Assembly: GCF_009914755.1 (NCBI RefSeq)
Contig: NC_060935.1
DNA: 64,000 nucleotides
Reading direction: 5' to 3' (one strand)
Source: the human T2T-CHM13v2.0 reference genome, Homo sapiens
Part shown: piece by piece, positions 15,075 through 28,865 of the stretch
Numbering within the stretch: position 1 is the stretch's first letter
Layout of the letters: every line of letters starts with the position of its first letter
The notes under the pieces: model-generated
What the model saw: the letters and a program-made list of their open reading frames with translations, nothing else
The model's database searches: none
What the model was told of the DNA's origin: nothing
Translations under genes and position numbers: made by a program

Positions 15075-16762
15075 AAATTCACCATTTTAAAGCATACAAT
15101 TTGATGGTTTTTAATGTATTCACAGAGTGGTTTTTAAAATGATAAAGTTGAGTGAAAACTTCAGTCTCTTCTGTTGCATTTTCAGCACAAGCACAAACAC
15201 TTAGTCTGATTTACTCCAACAGATTTCTCATTATGTTGATATTGTGACCTTGGGGATCATTAATGTCATAAAGGGAGGAGCAGGGAACATTGGAGGTGTT
15301 GAATTTAGCCACAGTAGCTTAGAAGCTTCCTGGGTTCCTCTTACCCATTCTGGAAGGTGCTTTTCACATGAGATAACTCCAGTGAGAATTTTCTTCTCTG
15401 CCCCTTACTTGAACTTCCTGGTCTGGGCAGCCTCGTCTGCATCTCATAATTCTGTTCTTGAAAAATATATCCTAAAAAGGTCCCCAGCTACAGGTAGAAG
15501 AAATTCAAGGATTGGGAACCCTCAGGGTCGACTCCATATATGCAAAAGTTAAAATGGCAAGTGCAATTAAGCTTTCCATGACGTAGCTCAGCTGACCCTG
15601 TTTCAGAAAAATAATGACTCATTGGTCCTCTTACTACATATTACTTGATTTGAAATGTAAAATGCTTGCATTTTCAGATACCTTGCAGGGTGATCTGATG
15701 GGGCCCATAAGGGATTGAAGGGATCCAAGTTTGGTTTCTGGCTCTGCCCAAGTTTTGCTTTGCCTTCCTGTTCTCCTCTGAAGATGAGGGAAATGACAAA
15801 ACCAGTCTCCTTTATGGGGGCTGTGAGGAAGCCAAGGTAGATATGAGGTACAGCTGCCTTGGACTGAGCTACCTCCTACTAGTGGCTAAGCTTTCAGGAA
15901 CTTGTCTGGTTGGTAGACAATCAGCCATCTGTACAGAAAGTTCCAGACATCCTCCCTCTCAAGAACAGCACTGATTTCATCAGAAGACAGCTTTGTAGTA
16001 TTACCAAAAAAAGAATAAACTAGCATTAGTGTTGTTCAGAGTTTTGTGGCAACCCCCTGAAAACATCAGTATCAAGGGTGAAATTCACCTCATGATCGTG
16101 ACAACCGTAATGTCTTCCACTTATATAGCCTTACACAAATTTCAGTGCACTTTCATATTCCTTATCTCACTAATTCTCATGCCCATGTTGTGATATTCCC
16201 ACATGTCACAGGCCGTGATAGTCCTATAGCCTGGGTGAAAAACTCACCATCCAGGGAAGGGACTCGCCTGTGATGGCAAAGGCCACTCATCTATCCTCTC
16301 TCCTTTCTTTCCCCCTCTCTCAAAAGCCTGCCTGCTTTTTCCACTCACTGTTCTGTAATATTATTGCCTGTGATTTGCTAATGATTTGTCAGTTCCATTT
16401 CCGTTACTCAGGTAAAACACCTGCTTGTATAATCGCTGACATTGAAAAGAATGTCATGAATCCATGTGACAGTTAATTTTATTCCCTAGTTCCCGTCTGC
16501 GTCGTAGGTACCTGTGAGTTTGGGTTAATTAAGCTGAGTTCGCTCTCTTTTTTCACCTTTTTGTTAGCGAGCTGGTGATCCTCTAGGTTGGATCAGCAGC
16601 TGAGTTATCCTTGGGCTGTGATCAGTGCCAGAGCCTCAGGGAATCCTCCGTTTCTTCCCCCTTAGAGCACTTGGCGGCTGTACAGGCTTCTGGATATGAA
16701 TGCAAGCCTGGAAGCCACTTGCTTTGGACATTCATGTGCATCATCTTCTTCTCCTTTTAAAG

Positions 16763-16885
16763 ATACATGACTGATGGTGGACTTGGCCTCTATACCCGTC
16801 GCCTGAACCGGCTCCCTGATGGGATGGCTGTGGTACGGGAGACCCTGCAACGAAATACCTCCCTGGGCCTCGGAGACGCTGACAG
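16763..16885 (+). CDS. NAV2: Neuron navigator 2 internal coding exon (123 nt, phase 2/2)
   Basis: Pyrimidine tract tcatcttcttctccttttaaAG acceptor (16761-62) and AG|gtaagc donor (16886). After the first base it reads YMTDGGLGLYTRRLNRLPDGMAVVRETLQRNTSLGLGDAD+AG, which I recognise as NAV2 (continuing SWDDSSSVSSG); the NAV3 paralog reads ...GGLNLYTRSLNRIPD. CpGs are retained, unlike the flanks. Confidence 0.96.
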
Positions 16886-18161
16886 GTAAGCTTGCTGCAC
16901 TTGGGGCTGGTCAGATGCAGAGGTGATCCCAGGGGGGCCCTGAGAAATGAGGGTTATGATATTGGGAGAGTGAATGGAGACTTTAACCCACAGAGAGGGA
17001 GGGGAGGCCTGGAATCTGTACCTGGGGTTAGGAGCAGGTACAGTAGGTAGGAAAGGGCTGCCGAGGGTTCTTGAGTCCTGCTTCTGTGTAGGGTGGTGCT
17101 TCTGACAGCAGTAACACAGGGAGTTCAGGCTTGGGTGGTTTTGGTTATTGTTTTGCTTGTTGCTACTGTGTCTTTGTCAGTTCAGCAGGCCCTAGGGATG
17201 TGCTTTACTTCCTCTCTCATTAGCCAGCTTTCTAGGTATTGCACCTTGTGGCACAGAAGGTCTGTGTGCAGAAGGGATCTCTCCTAGCCTTGGCTGAGCA
17301 GCCTTCACCAAAAAGCCTCCTGTTGCATGGTAATAGGAGGCAATGCTTAAGGACATGGGTTTAGACACCACATGCTAAGTAGTTGACATCATAGAGGTTG
17401 ATCAGGCGTCACTGCCACTGCTGTCAGGGAAGAAAAGAGGTTCAGAAAATACTGTGGTAATAAAAGAGGACTATTTGGCCTCCAGGTTCTAGTTCTTACT
17501 CTGACAAACTGATTCTATGACCCTGAGCAACCGATGAAGTGAGGAGTTTGGACTATATGATTTCTATGATCCCTTCCAGTTCTAATGTTCTATAATTCTG
17601 GATTTCAGTGCAGATTTCAAATACCCTTAATGATCTGGCTGTTTAAGGATTTGCTGGAACACTTGACTTCTTTCCACATCTGGGTTGATGAGATGTAACA
17701 TGGAATTTAGATGCAAGTGGTTTAAAATGACCATAGACTTTTTGGGTACTAAACCTTTTATGTCAGAAAGCCAAATAGTAGCACAACAACAGCTTCCTGC
17801 TGTTCCCAGGGCATGCTTTTTACAAAGAGCTAAGTGACTTCTGTAATTGTGTGGCTTTAGAGAAATAGGGCAGCACACCAAAGAGACAGATACTGAAATC
17901 ACACCCAGAGATGGAATTTGCTGAAGAAGAATCTTCATGTTCTCTCAGGGAAGGCTGGGAAACACTGAATGAGTTGTTAGGAACTTGGGATCTGGCCCAG
18001 TCTCTACCACTAACTTGAATGTGTCCTCCTTAGAGTCCCCCCAGTGCCCAGGCTTGTGATTTATATCAGGGATGTTAAAAGGCCTTCCACTAGGGTTCTA
18101 GCTCAAGTCAGATTTTTTCCTGTAATTAACAAAGAAAGGAATGGGTTTGAAAAGTCCATAG

Positions 18162-18516
<355 letters not shown>

Positions 18517-18960
18517 TGAGAACTGCTCTTACTAAGGAGAAACTAAACTCTCTGTAACTAAAATCTTTATAGTAAATAATAACAGTAAAAAAAAAATCAG
18601 TTGCTACAACACCCCCACTGGAGATTTGACAATTTGCTAAATTATTTTGCTTATTTGTATTCTTCTATCCGTTGTTTAGTAAATCTATCCGCATAAAATA
18701 CAGGCCTTACAAGATACAGTTTTCCTTGTAGCAGAAGAATCTATGCTAGGCAGTTTAATTTAAAGCTTCACTGTAAGATTAATGGGATTACTATAGATCA
18801 CAGTTGAGCTTGTTTCCTGCTTCTGGAGATGGAGGATGAGGGTGGGGTTGAAAAGATAGGTAGCACTTGTTAGGTTGTTTTAGTTCAGCCTGTATGGTTA
18901 AACCAAATGGACAACAATGTCCTTTGGTTCTCTCCAGACTGGAATGCTCCGATATGATCA

Positions 18961-19321
<361 letters not shown>

Positions 19322-19581
19322 TCAGATGGCTTTTTAAAGACATAGGATTTGTAAAAGACTACAAATTTACCCTTGTTTTACATAAGTTCTGGCCTATAGG
19401 CAAGGAGATATTTTCCATTATTCTAGAATATGCTAAATTTTTATAACTTCCAAAGTTATTATGAGCTGACCATAGTAATACTTCATCTTTGGCTAAGTTG
19501 AAATAGTACATTTGTTTCTGTAAAATTCTTTATGTAAATCGCAAATTTAGTCTCATGTAGTTACAAAATCTATATTCTAAA

Positions 19582-19845
19582 TGAGTGTTTCCCAAAGTGG
19601 GAGGCTATCATGGTGGTATAGGAGATAGTTTTAGATGGCAGATAGGAAAATACTCCTTTTTAATAATTACATTTTAATTTTAATATTTTTTTAAAAACTT
19701 ACAACTAGCACATCAAACCTGTGATTTTACAAATGCTGCTTAAGGTAAGGATAGTGTAGACTTGAGACAATTTAATGTGAAATATCAAGGAAGAATATCA
19801 CAGGTGGTATGTAGTTATATCAGAAAACAAAGGTAGTATGCAAGT
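19582..19845. mobile_element. Old hAT-Charlie-type DNA element
   Basis: Terminus agtgtttcccaaagtgggagg...ggtggtataggagatagttttagatgg resembles Charlie-derived MERs. Confidence 0.5.
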
Positions 19846-21733
19846 GGCTGCAATTTCGATAATACTGTTCTTGTCCCTGTAATTGGAAATATGTTCTTTA
19901 AACAACTTAGATAATTGACCCGAATTCTTTCCTTTAAACCTGAAAATCGAAGGTCCCAGAGCTAAGGTTTTTCCAGGAAGTTCTGTATAAAAAGATAGCC
20001 CGGTCCTTTTTCCATTCACACATAAGCAATAGACCACATGAGTTCTACAAAGGAAAGAGGAAAAGTACTGAGTGATTAGACCTGATTAGACCTCAGCAAA
20101 CGAAAGAAAGGCAGATCACTGTGTGAATAAGAAAATTAATAACCACAGCCAAGCAGCTGGGGAGAACAGCTCTTCCAGGAAAAGACCTTAAGGGACGCTG
20201 GCCTACCAGGCAGAACTTGCCTGTTTGCAGCAGAATGTGGCTGGGGTATCTTCAGGGTTATTAAAAGTAACTGATAAGAATGGATGCCTTCAGAGCCTGG
20301 GAGACAGAGACTGTGTCAGTTGGTGAGTCTGGTATGTTACCAGCCAGCTTCTAAGAAGTAATAAATGAAGATAGTAAAGTGTGCCCTTGATCTCTTGTCA
20401 CTCTTTAGGGTTGCCACTCCTGGGCTCCAGGTTTTTCCTGATAGTGATCAGTGTCTACTTCCAGCAGACTAGAGCCAGGTGTCTGAGAAGAGAGGATCAA
20501 AAGGGACAAATGGAGTGGCTTATTACACATCATAGGCTCCAGATAACAGACAGATAAAAGGAGCTTTGGCATGGAGGTCTCCAAACTGGCAGACTGGGAA
20601 GAAGAAGAAATATGGCAAGGAGGGCCAAGACTAGGCTAACAGACAGTCAAATGGCTCATTGAACTCCTGCCAGTTCCTACATGCACTGCTGTCCTCTCAG
20701 AACCCATCAAAAGTTCCCGAACTCCAGCAAGTTGAGAGCTTTGATAGTGTAAAGATCAGCTCTGGGAAAGTTCTAAGTCTCTTTCTTGGTGACTGCAAAG
20801 CCACACCATCCTCCTCATCCTTTTCTTTACCAACCTGTGTTTTAGCACACAACGGGCTGAGCCAGTTAGATGCTCCTCTCGAATGTCATCCCAAGATCAC
20901 ATAAATACCATTGAGAGCACAACGAGGACAGAAATCAGGCTTGGTGTGACATTAGATCAGGAGGAGCACTTTGGAACTACCTGGTAACTTTCTTCTAAGC
21001 CGTTAGAATACTTACTGAACTTCAGTGCTTTTTATTAATTTAGGCGATAAGGCCATATTACTTCAAACCTTCTAAAGACAAAAAAACAAATGCTGTGTGG
21101 TAAAGAGTCAGCCTGAAACTTGAACAAAATGAAAATCGCCCTCCACCTTTGTGCCAGGAAACCAAGCAGAAAGGAGAGATTTTTTTTTTTCTCCTTGTTA
21201 CAAGTTTTTCATTACCCTTCAAATTCTGAATGTTTTGAGTACTGAGATTGCTGTTTCAGTGAAGGATTCAGAGTCACTGTACAGACTTTCCAGGCTGCAT
21301 CCAGGGCCTTGGCACTCAGAGGCGTCCCAGTTTCAGCTTGAATTGGGAGGCCTCTCTCAAGGAGAGTCTCATGGTGTGAGAATGTAGCTATGCAACCTGG
21401 TATTTGAGCAGCCTGCCAAGCTGAGCCCTCCTTCCTTGCTGGGAGTGTCATAAGAACTCCAAGAGCCCAGGACACTGCTTGGCTTTGTGATTCATATGGA
21501 ACAAAGCAGGCCTCCTGGCACCAAGCAGTGCATTCATGGATTCAGGTCTGATCTGGAGGAAAGAGTTTAATCCAGGCCAGAGGTCCCCAGCCTGCAGATG
21601 CAATTGGCACCCTTACCAGGTGGTAGGTCCCCAACAAGCCAGTTATTTCTGAAGCATAGTCCCTACTGAGAGCCACATAAGAGAAGCAGCAAAAACGGGA
21701 AGAGACTGCTCCCCTCACGCTTCATTCTAAGCC

Positions 21734-22214
21734 TGTGGTAGGTGTAATAATCATCCCCAAAGATGGCCACATTCTAATCTCCAGAACCTGTGGATATGTT
21801 AAGTTTCATGGCGAGGGGAATTAAGGTTGCCAGTCAGCTGACAGGGAGATTACTCTGGCTTATTCAGGTGGGTCCAACATAATCACAAGGTCCTCAAAAG
21901 TGAAAGAGGGAGGCCAAGAGGAGGAGGTCAGAATGATGTCATGTAAGAAGGACTCGTCATGCCATTGCCAGCTTTGAAGATGGAGGAAGAAGGCTACAGC
22001 CCAAGAATGCAGGTGGCCTCTATGTAGGGGAAAAGCCATAGGAACAGATGCTCCTAGAGCCTCCAGAAATGAATGTAGCCCTGCACATACCCATCATTTT
22101 AGCCCACGAGACCCATGTCAGCTTCTGACTCACAGAACTGTGAGCTAATCAATTTTTTTTGTTTTTAGCTACTAAGTTTATATTAACTTGTTATGGCAAT
22201 AGAAAACTGACATA
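21734..22214 (+). mobile_element. MaLR solo LTR (MLT1D/E-like)
   Basis: tgtggtagg...ccccaaagat...ctaatctccagaacctgtggatatgtt...gctttgaagatggagg...ccagaaatgaatgtagccctg...atagaaaactgaca. Confidence 0.88.
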
Positions 22215-22269
22215 AACTTATGTCAGCAATAGAAAACGAATATAAACTTATATCAGAAGGTAATAAAAC

Positions 22270-22485
22270 CAGTAATAGTTGCCATTTCCTGATGGGTTGC
22301 TCTATGCCAGGAACTGTGTCAAGCACCTTGCAAATATTATCTCATTTACCCCTGACCCTTTGAGAGGAGATGTTATCCTGGTTTCATAGATTTGAAGCAG
22401 TGGTGCTCAGAGAGGGTGAGTAAACGTGCCCAGGGTTACACACCTAATGAGTGTCCAAGCTGGGATTCAAACCCAGGCCTGTCTG
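22270..22485. mobile_element. MIR
   Basis: ctatgccaggaactgtgtcaagcac...gctcagagagggtgagtaaacgtgcccagggttacaca...gggattcaaacccagg. Confidence 0.85.
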
Positions 22486-23351
22486 ATCACCCCCCAAATC
22501 CTCCGGTCGCCTAACATACTGCTTCTTTTAGGGAGCTCTCCTTGTAGAGATTCCCTAATTTTGAGTTCTTACCATGGTATCGTCTCTTCAAATGAGCCCT
22601 TAGCCACTGAAAATACAAGCAATGCCCAAACAGCTGGAAAAGTGAACTCTGTCCTTCAGAGACAATGCAAAATGATTCACATTAAGAGGAAAAAGGGAAT
22701 AGTTCTTGACTTGTCTCCCTCCCAGACCTGTTGCACATGGACCGTGCGAGTGGGCTTGCCCTCACCCCTTTTCTCATCACTGTTCTCAGACTTCAAGGAA
22801 AAGGTCCTTTCTTACACAGAGCTGGGCCAGTTGCCTCCTTGGCCTTCTTGCAAGTTTAGAAAAGGGATGCCCATTCGTGAATTCTGACTTATTGCAATTT
22901 TTGTGTTGTTAGTTGAGGGAGGAGCCTGCAATGTCAAGATCACAGGTCAGGGGTGATGCTTCCCTTTAGTGAGCTAGGAATTCCAAGGCCACCAGATCTG
23001 CAGAGATTCTGCAGTCATTCAAAAACTTTTCTCTCCTGGTCTTGGCTAACCACTACATGGACCCTTAAGCAATTGCTAGAGGTTCTCTACCCAGAGCTTG
23101 GGGATCTGTAGGGCCTCCAGAGGCTGGGACCATGGTTTAAGAAGGGCACCCTAAAATACCTTCCCCCTCCCCCCATTACCTCCCCTCTCTACTTGTTATG
23201 TACGGTCTGTTCCTAATCTTCCCACCGTCATCAAGTAAAGCAAAGGTGATCTCTCCTCTTTGACCACTAATCCCACTTCATACAATCTCTAGCTGCCAGT
23301 ATTTGAGCCTTATCTCCCCTACATACATGTGGTAGAGGTGAGAGAATCTAG

Positions 23352-23530
23352 ATCTGTGCTGCCTACTATAATGGCCACCACTATTTAAAATTAATGAAAA
23401 TTAACTAAAAGTTTGGTTTCTTAATCACACTAGCCTCATTTCCAGTACTCAAAAGTCCCATGTGGCCAGTGCTCTCCTAGACAAAGAACAATTCCCACAC
23501 TGTAGAAAACTCTTTTGGACAGCACTGATA
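23352..23530. mobile_element. MER3-like hAT MITE
   Basis: ctgtgctgcc...cacactagcctcatttccagtactc...ttggacagcactg inverted termini. Confidence 0.75.
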
Positions 23531-23761
23531 GAAACCATCACAGTTATATTGCCAAGGAAGCTATAAAGAAAAGATGTGAGTTTTGCTGTAAACATGCCCT
23601 AATTCCAGTCCTCACTCTCCATGTCACTTAACTGCCCTGAGTTTAGGTTTTTGTCTCTGAAATGAGGGCAGTATTCATACCTGTCTCACAGGACTGTTGT
23701 GAGGATCAAATGAGGTGAATGAGGGTGGTGAAAGTGTTTTTGCGAAGCACCTAAGACAAAT

Positions 23762-24073
<312 letters not shown>

Positions 24074-25225
24074 TAAATACTCTAATTCTTAGGTCCTGCA
24101 AGCTACTTAGGACAATCTAGGCTCTACCTCGTTGCAACTCACTTTTCTTTATATTTAATTAATTAGCTCATAATTAACCCCTTTTATTTCTATAACAGCT
24201 TATAATAACTGCATTTAATAAAAAGAACAATTATAAAATAAACGAGTATAGCATTAAGACTGTGGGGAAATGATGTGCAAAATATGATGTGCAAAAAAAG
24301 GTAAAAATAGAGAACACAGATTGATGAAACACAACCCGTGTTTCATCCCACATGGTTGCATTTTTTAGTAATTCAGCATTGAGCTTCCTACTGGCCCAAG
24401 TGAGAATGAACTTGTCCTTGCTTTTCCCTCCTTCCTTCATGACTTCTCTCGTATTATTTTGTCTTCATCTTTTCTTGCTAGGGTCAATCAATTGACCCTC
24501 TCTCTGACTCTCTGTTATTCTTTACCTCTCATTCCCAGCCCTTCCCCTCTCTTCCTCTTTCATTTTCCTTGCCTTCTCCTTTTGTCTGCCTTATAACTTT
24601 CTGTTATACTATTAGTGCCCCTGAGCATTTTTCAGTCCTGCATTCAAGAGTTATACTCATTGTCTTGGGATGAGAAGATGCTTCCAGCACAGTGGCCAGC
24701 ATTAACGATCTTCACTGGTTTCTTTCCATCCCCTTTCCTCTTCTCCTAGTTGTGTATAACAACTAGAAACAAAGTAAGAGACAGTGAAAGTCATTTTCAT
24801 TTTAAAGCTCATAAAAGGAGCCTTAGAGGCAAATGCCTGTTTCCTCAGTAGCAGGGTAATAATAACTACATTGGCCTTGCCCAAGAGGCTCTTTTATGCT
24901 AGTGCCACTACCTGTAGGATCAGTGGCTGGAGCCACAAGTGCTGAACAAGGGATGGTGCTGACAGGAAGTAAACCATCTGTAACTTAAACCACAGAGGAA
25001 TTCTACCAGGGGGTTATAAAGAGAGGAGAAGGAATAGTCTGCAGAGTATCATTCTTGTGCATGCAGTGTTTTCACTTTAAAAAGGAAAGAGCTGTATGGT
25101 GGCCTCATGAGAATCTCTCATTCCCTAATGTTGCCCAACTTCATAACTTTGTTCCATAACTTTTTTACACTATAGTAAAAGCAGACCTGAGGGTCAGAGA
25201 GAGTATAATCATGCTCCTGAAGTAC

Positions 25226-25533
25226 TTTTTTTTTTTTTTTTTTTTTTTGAGATGGAGTCTCGCTCTGTTCCCCAGGCTGGAGTGCAGTGACACGATCTCA
25301 GCTCAATGTAACCTCTGCCTTCCAGGTTCAAGCGATTCTTCTGCCTCAGCCTCCTGAGTAGCTGGGATTACAGGTGCACACCACCATGCCCAGCTAATTT
25401 TTTGTTGTTGCTTTTTGGTAGAGACAGGGTTTTGCCATGTTGGCCAGGCTGGTCTTGAACTCCTGATCTCCGGTGATCCACCTACTCAGCCTCCCAAAGT
25501 GCTGAGATTACAGACATGAGCCACTGCGCCCCA
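25226..25533 (-). mobile_element. Alu (S-like)
   Basis: TSD cctgaagtac (25216-25225 / 25534-25543). Confidence 0.97.
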
Positions 25534-25816
25534 CCTGAAGTACATTTTCTAAAAATGGTAACTGTTCAACAGTTGTTTAAAGGTGATTGTTTAAACTTAA
25601 TCATTGTTCAAAGTGTGGAGGAAAAGATGTCTAGCAATATGAAAGCAAGAATAAGAGGCCAAAGAGAAAGGCCAAGATGGGTCACCTTTCTCTATGCCAA
25701 CTCCCCTGGTCACCCAAAGCATAGGCCCCAATCCCAAGTCAGAATTTGACTATATCTGTGCCCTGCAATAGAAAATAACTTCATGTGTTTTAATCTGGGT
25801 ACCTGTGAATGTTTTT

Positions 25817-26176
25817 GTATGAGTCAGGATAGCATAGGTTATGCTGCATAACAAACAATTCTCAAAAAACTCTATTTGGCCATAACAGGTCAGTGGAAGG
25901 CTATTTGTACATCATTCTCACTCTGGGATCCAGAGTTAGAGGAACTACCATTTAGAGCATTGACAGTCTTCACTGCAAGAAGAAAGAGAGCATGGTGAAC
26001 CACACACAGTTTCTTAAAGCTTCTGTCTGGAAATGACCCACGTAACTTTTCCTCATTATTGGCCAAAGGAAGTCACATGGCTACACTTAAATTCAAAGGT
26101 GAAGGGAAGTACAGTTATACCATATGCCTGCAAGGAGAACAGAAAATACGTAGTGAACTGCACTAATGACTATCAT
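25817..26176. mobile_element. MaLR LTR (MLT1J/K-like)
   Basis: gtcaggatagcataggttatgctgcataacaaacaa...ttggccaaaggaagtcacatggctacac. Confidence 0.8.
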
Positions 26177-26907
26177 GCTTTTATCACATGCAAGTGAGTG
26201 CCTGTGCTTGATGTTTCCCCCCTCCCCCCGTTATTTAACCAACGCCTTATCATGCAGTTCATCACGTATTTACTGCATGCAGTAATATCAGATGCCAGGC
26301 ATTATGCCACCCAGTCCGATCACATGGCCTCTGGTAGCTCCTCTGGGTGGAGAAGAGTGAGCAGGTAAAATTGTCTTCTTGGTAGATGAAGGAACATAAT
26401 AGTTGAGTTGGTTAAGGAATTTTATTCAATGCTATGAGTCAGTTGTATTTCAACAAAGTATATGGACCATGTTTTCATATGTAATGGCTCATAGAAAATG
26501 CTGGTGATTGTTTAGAATTTACTGAGCACCTACTATGCAACGGGCTCTTGGGATCCAAAGATGAGTGGGATGTAGTCCCTGTACTCAAGAAGCTTACAAT
26601 CAAGTAGAGAGAGAAAGACCTAAGTAAGCCATTGTAACGTGATGTGCCAAGTGCTATAGAGACTTTAACCATGTGCCTTGGGTGCAGAGAGGACCAGAAG
26701 CATCGGGGACTGCATATGGTCCTATACTGGGAACTTGCTGTTATCCTAATAAAATGCAGGAAATTTCCTTTTCCTGCCAGTGATGATGTGAAAGATCCTT
26801 TAGAAACATTACCCAAGTGTCCAATAGTCCTGCTTATCTCATCAACCATTTGGGATTTTCGTTTTATTTCCCTAAGTATCTTTTGTCATGTTGAAAGGTC
26901 AGCCTAG

Positions 26908-27223
26908 GGCCAGGCGTGGTGGCTCATGCCTGTAATCCCAGCACTTTGGGAGGCTGAGGCAGACGGATCACCTAAGGTCAGGAGTTCGAGGCTAGCCTAG
27001 CCAACATGGCAAAACCCCGTCTCTACTAAAAATACAAAAATTAGCTGGGCGTGGTGGCGGGCGCCTGTAATCCCAGCTGCGCAGCAGGCTGAGACAGGAG
27101 AATCGCTTGAACCGGGAGGTGGAGGTTGCAGTGAGCCCAGATCACGCCACTGCCCTCCAGCCTGGGCGACAAGAGCAAAAAACTCTGTCTCAAAGAAAAA
27201 AAAAAAAAAAAAGAGTAAAAAAA
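26908..27223 (+). mobile_element. Alu (S-like)
   Basis: 15-bp TSD gaaaggtcagcctag (26893-26907 / 27224-27238). Confidence 0.97.
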
Positions 27224-28719
27224 GAAAGGTCAGCCTAGCCATGATTTCTGTTACTGAAATGTAAGATCTGATTGAAATAAGCCCAGAATATAAGGCACTT
27301 ACGGTGGCCTATGGAAAAGGGTCCCTGGTTTCACTATAACCTTTTGCATTTGTCATGCTGGACAGCTGTGACACCCAGAGTTGTAGTGAACCGATGTTTC
27401 TATCCAAGATTACTTTGTATATAAATGTATTTTCCCAGGGCTGTCTCTCCTCAGCCAGTTCACACCAGATAGAAGCTTTCAATGTCAAGGTTGGGTTTGT
27501 TCAGAATCATCAATTGTAGCCCTGTCATTTTGCCAATGAGGAAATTGAGATTGTTAGTAGCCCAGTGACTACTCTCTGTCCTCTAGCCTTCGGGGGTAAG
27601 GTCATCTCTTGGGTTTGGAAAGCATGAACTCTAAGTAACTCTGATGAAGGCACACGTTATTTATTTGGTGATGATTATGAATGCAATCCAGGCGATAAGG
27701 AAAGGAGTGCAGTAGGAACCAAAAGACCTTGTTCTATACCTGGCTCTGCCACTAGTGAATTACCTTGGGCAAGATGCTTCCCCTCTCTGCACCTCTATTT
27801 GTTCATTTGTGTGGTCAGCCCAGCTGATCTTTAAGGTCCTCGAGCTCCTGTAAGTCAGTGTTCTTGTTTATTACTTGAAGGGCAGAGTTAACAGAATGAC
27901 TCATGGGTATAGCTTATCCATGCAGGGCAGGGACTCTGTGAACTGTTTGTCTCTGACGGTGATGATGACATGTGTCTCATTTGATGGTATTTCAGTTAGG
28001 AGTCAGGTTCTTGCCCAAGGCCCTTCATGTGTACAACTCCAGCAGGCTGAGTGGCTTCTTGCAGCTGGCATGCCGTGGGGCCCCCTCTTGTGCAGGCAGC
28101 AGAGGAGAAGGCCTTAAGGTGTCCATTCTCGCTGTACTTCAAAGCTAAGCCTAGGGTAAGCTGTAATGCACTTCGAGGTGTTTGAGAGAGGTGGATAGCT
28201 GTTGTTGCTGATGGCAGGTAAAGAAGAATGTCTGGACCTGAAGAACCAGAATGAAATCTTCCCAAGGAGAAGTGCAAAGAGGACAGCTGCGGTGGAGAGT
28301 GGTGGGGTCTTGGACTTTTCTGATGCTTTGGAGAAAATCTGCTATTATACATTGCAATGGATTTTGTTCTAATTGGAGCTTCACCAAAATTATATTCAGA
28401 GATGACACTCATGAAATTGTAGTCTTGTTTTCATTGAGATAACAAAATTCCAAGTAACTGAATTGTTTTTATTTTTTTTGGGTGCTTTGACTCAGGATTT
28501 AATCAGACTTGGATGAACGTTGTTCCCTAAATCAGCACTAATAGTGGGTGCTGCCTGTCCTGAGCAGGGCAGTGGTCAGCCTGGAGAATGGGCAATGTCA
28601 GGTCATTTGGAGGGACTCTCCTATGCTGTGATTTTTCATGCAGTTGACAGGCTTTGCATGGTACTCCTGAGTGTCAGAGGACAAAACAGCTCTTGGAATG
28701 AGTTGTAAGTTACACAAGG

Positions 28720-28865
28720 AAAGGATAGGCTTACAAATAAGGAAAATGAGGCTCAGAAAGGTGACATTTCTTCCCCAAAGCCACAGTGCTATAAGGGGCA
28801 AAGTTAGGATTTGAATTAAGGTCTCTCTGGCCACAAAACTTCTGCTTTTAATCATTGTGCTTGCC
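28720..28865. mobile_element. MIR
   Basis: ttacaaataaggaaaatgaggctcagaaaggtgac...cccaaagccacag. Confidence 0.8.

Noticed and set aside
22426-22887. Long non-Alu ORFs (also 9687-10136, 27996-28412, 30767-31219, 56417-56869, 61565-61978)
   Set aside because: No recognisable protein similarity; several overlap MIR/L2; lengths are compatible with chance in 64 kb.
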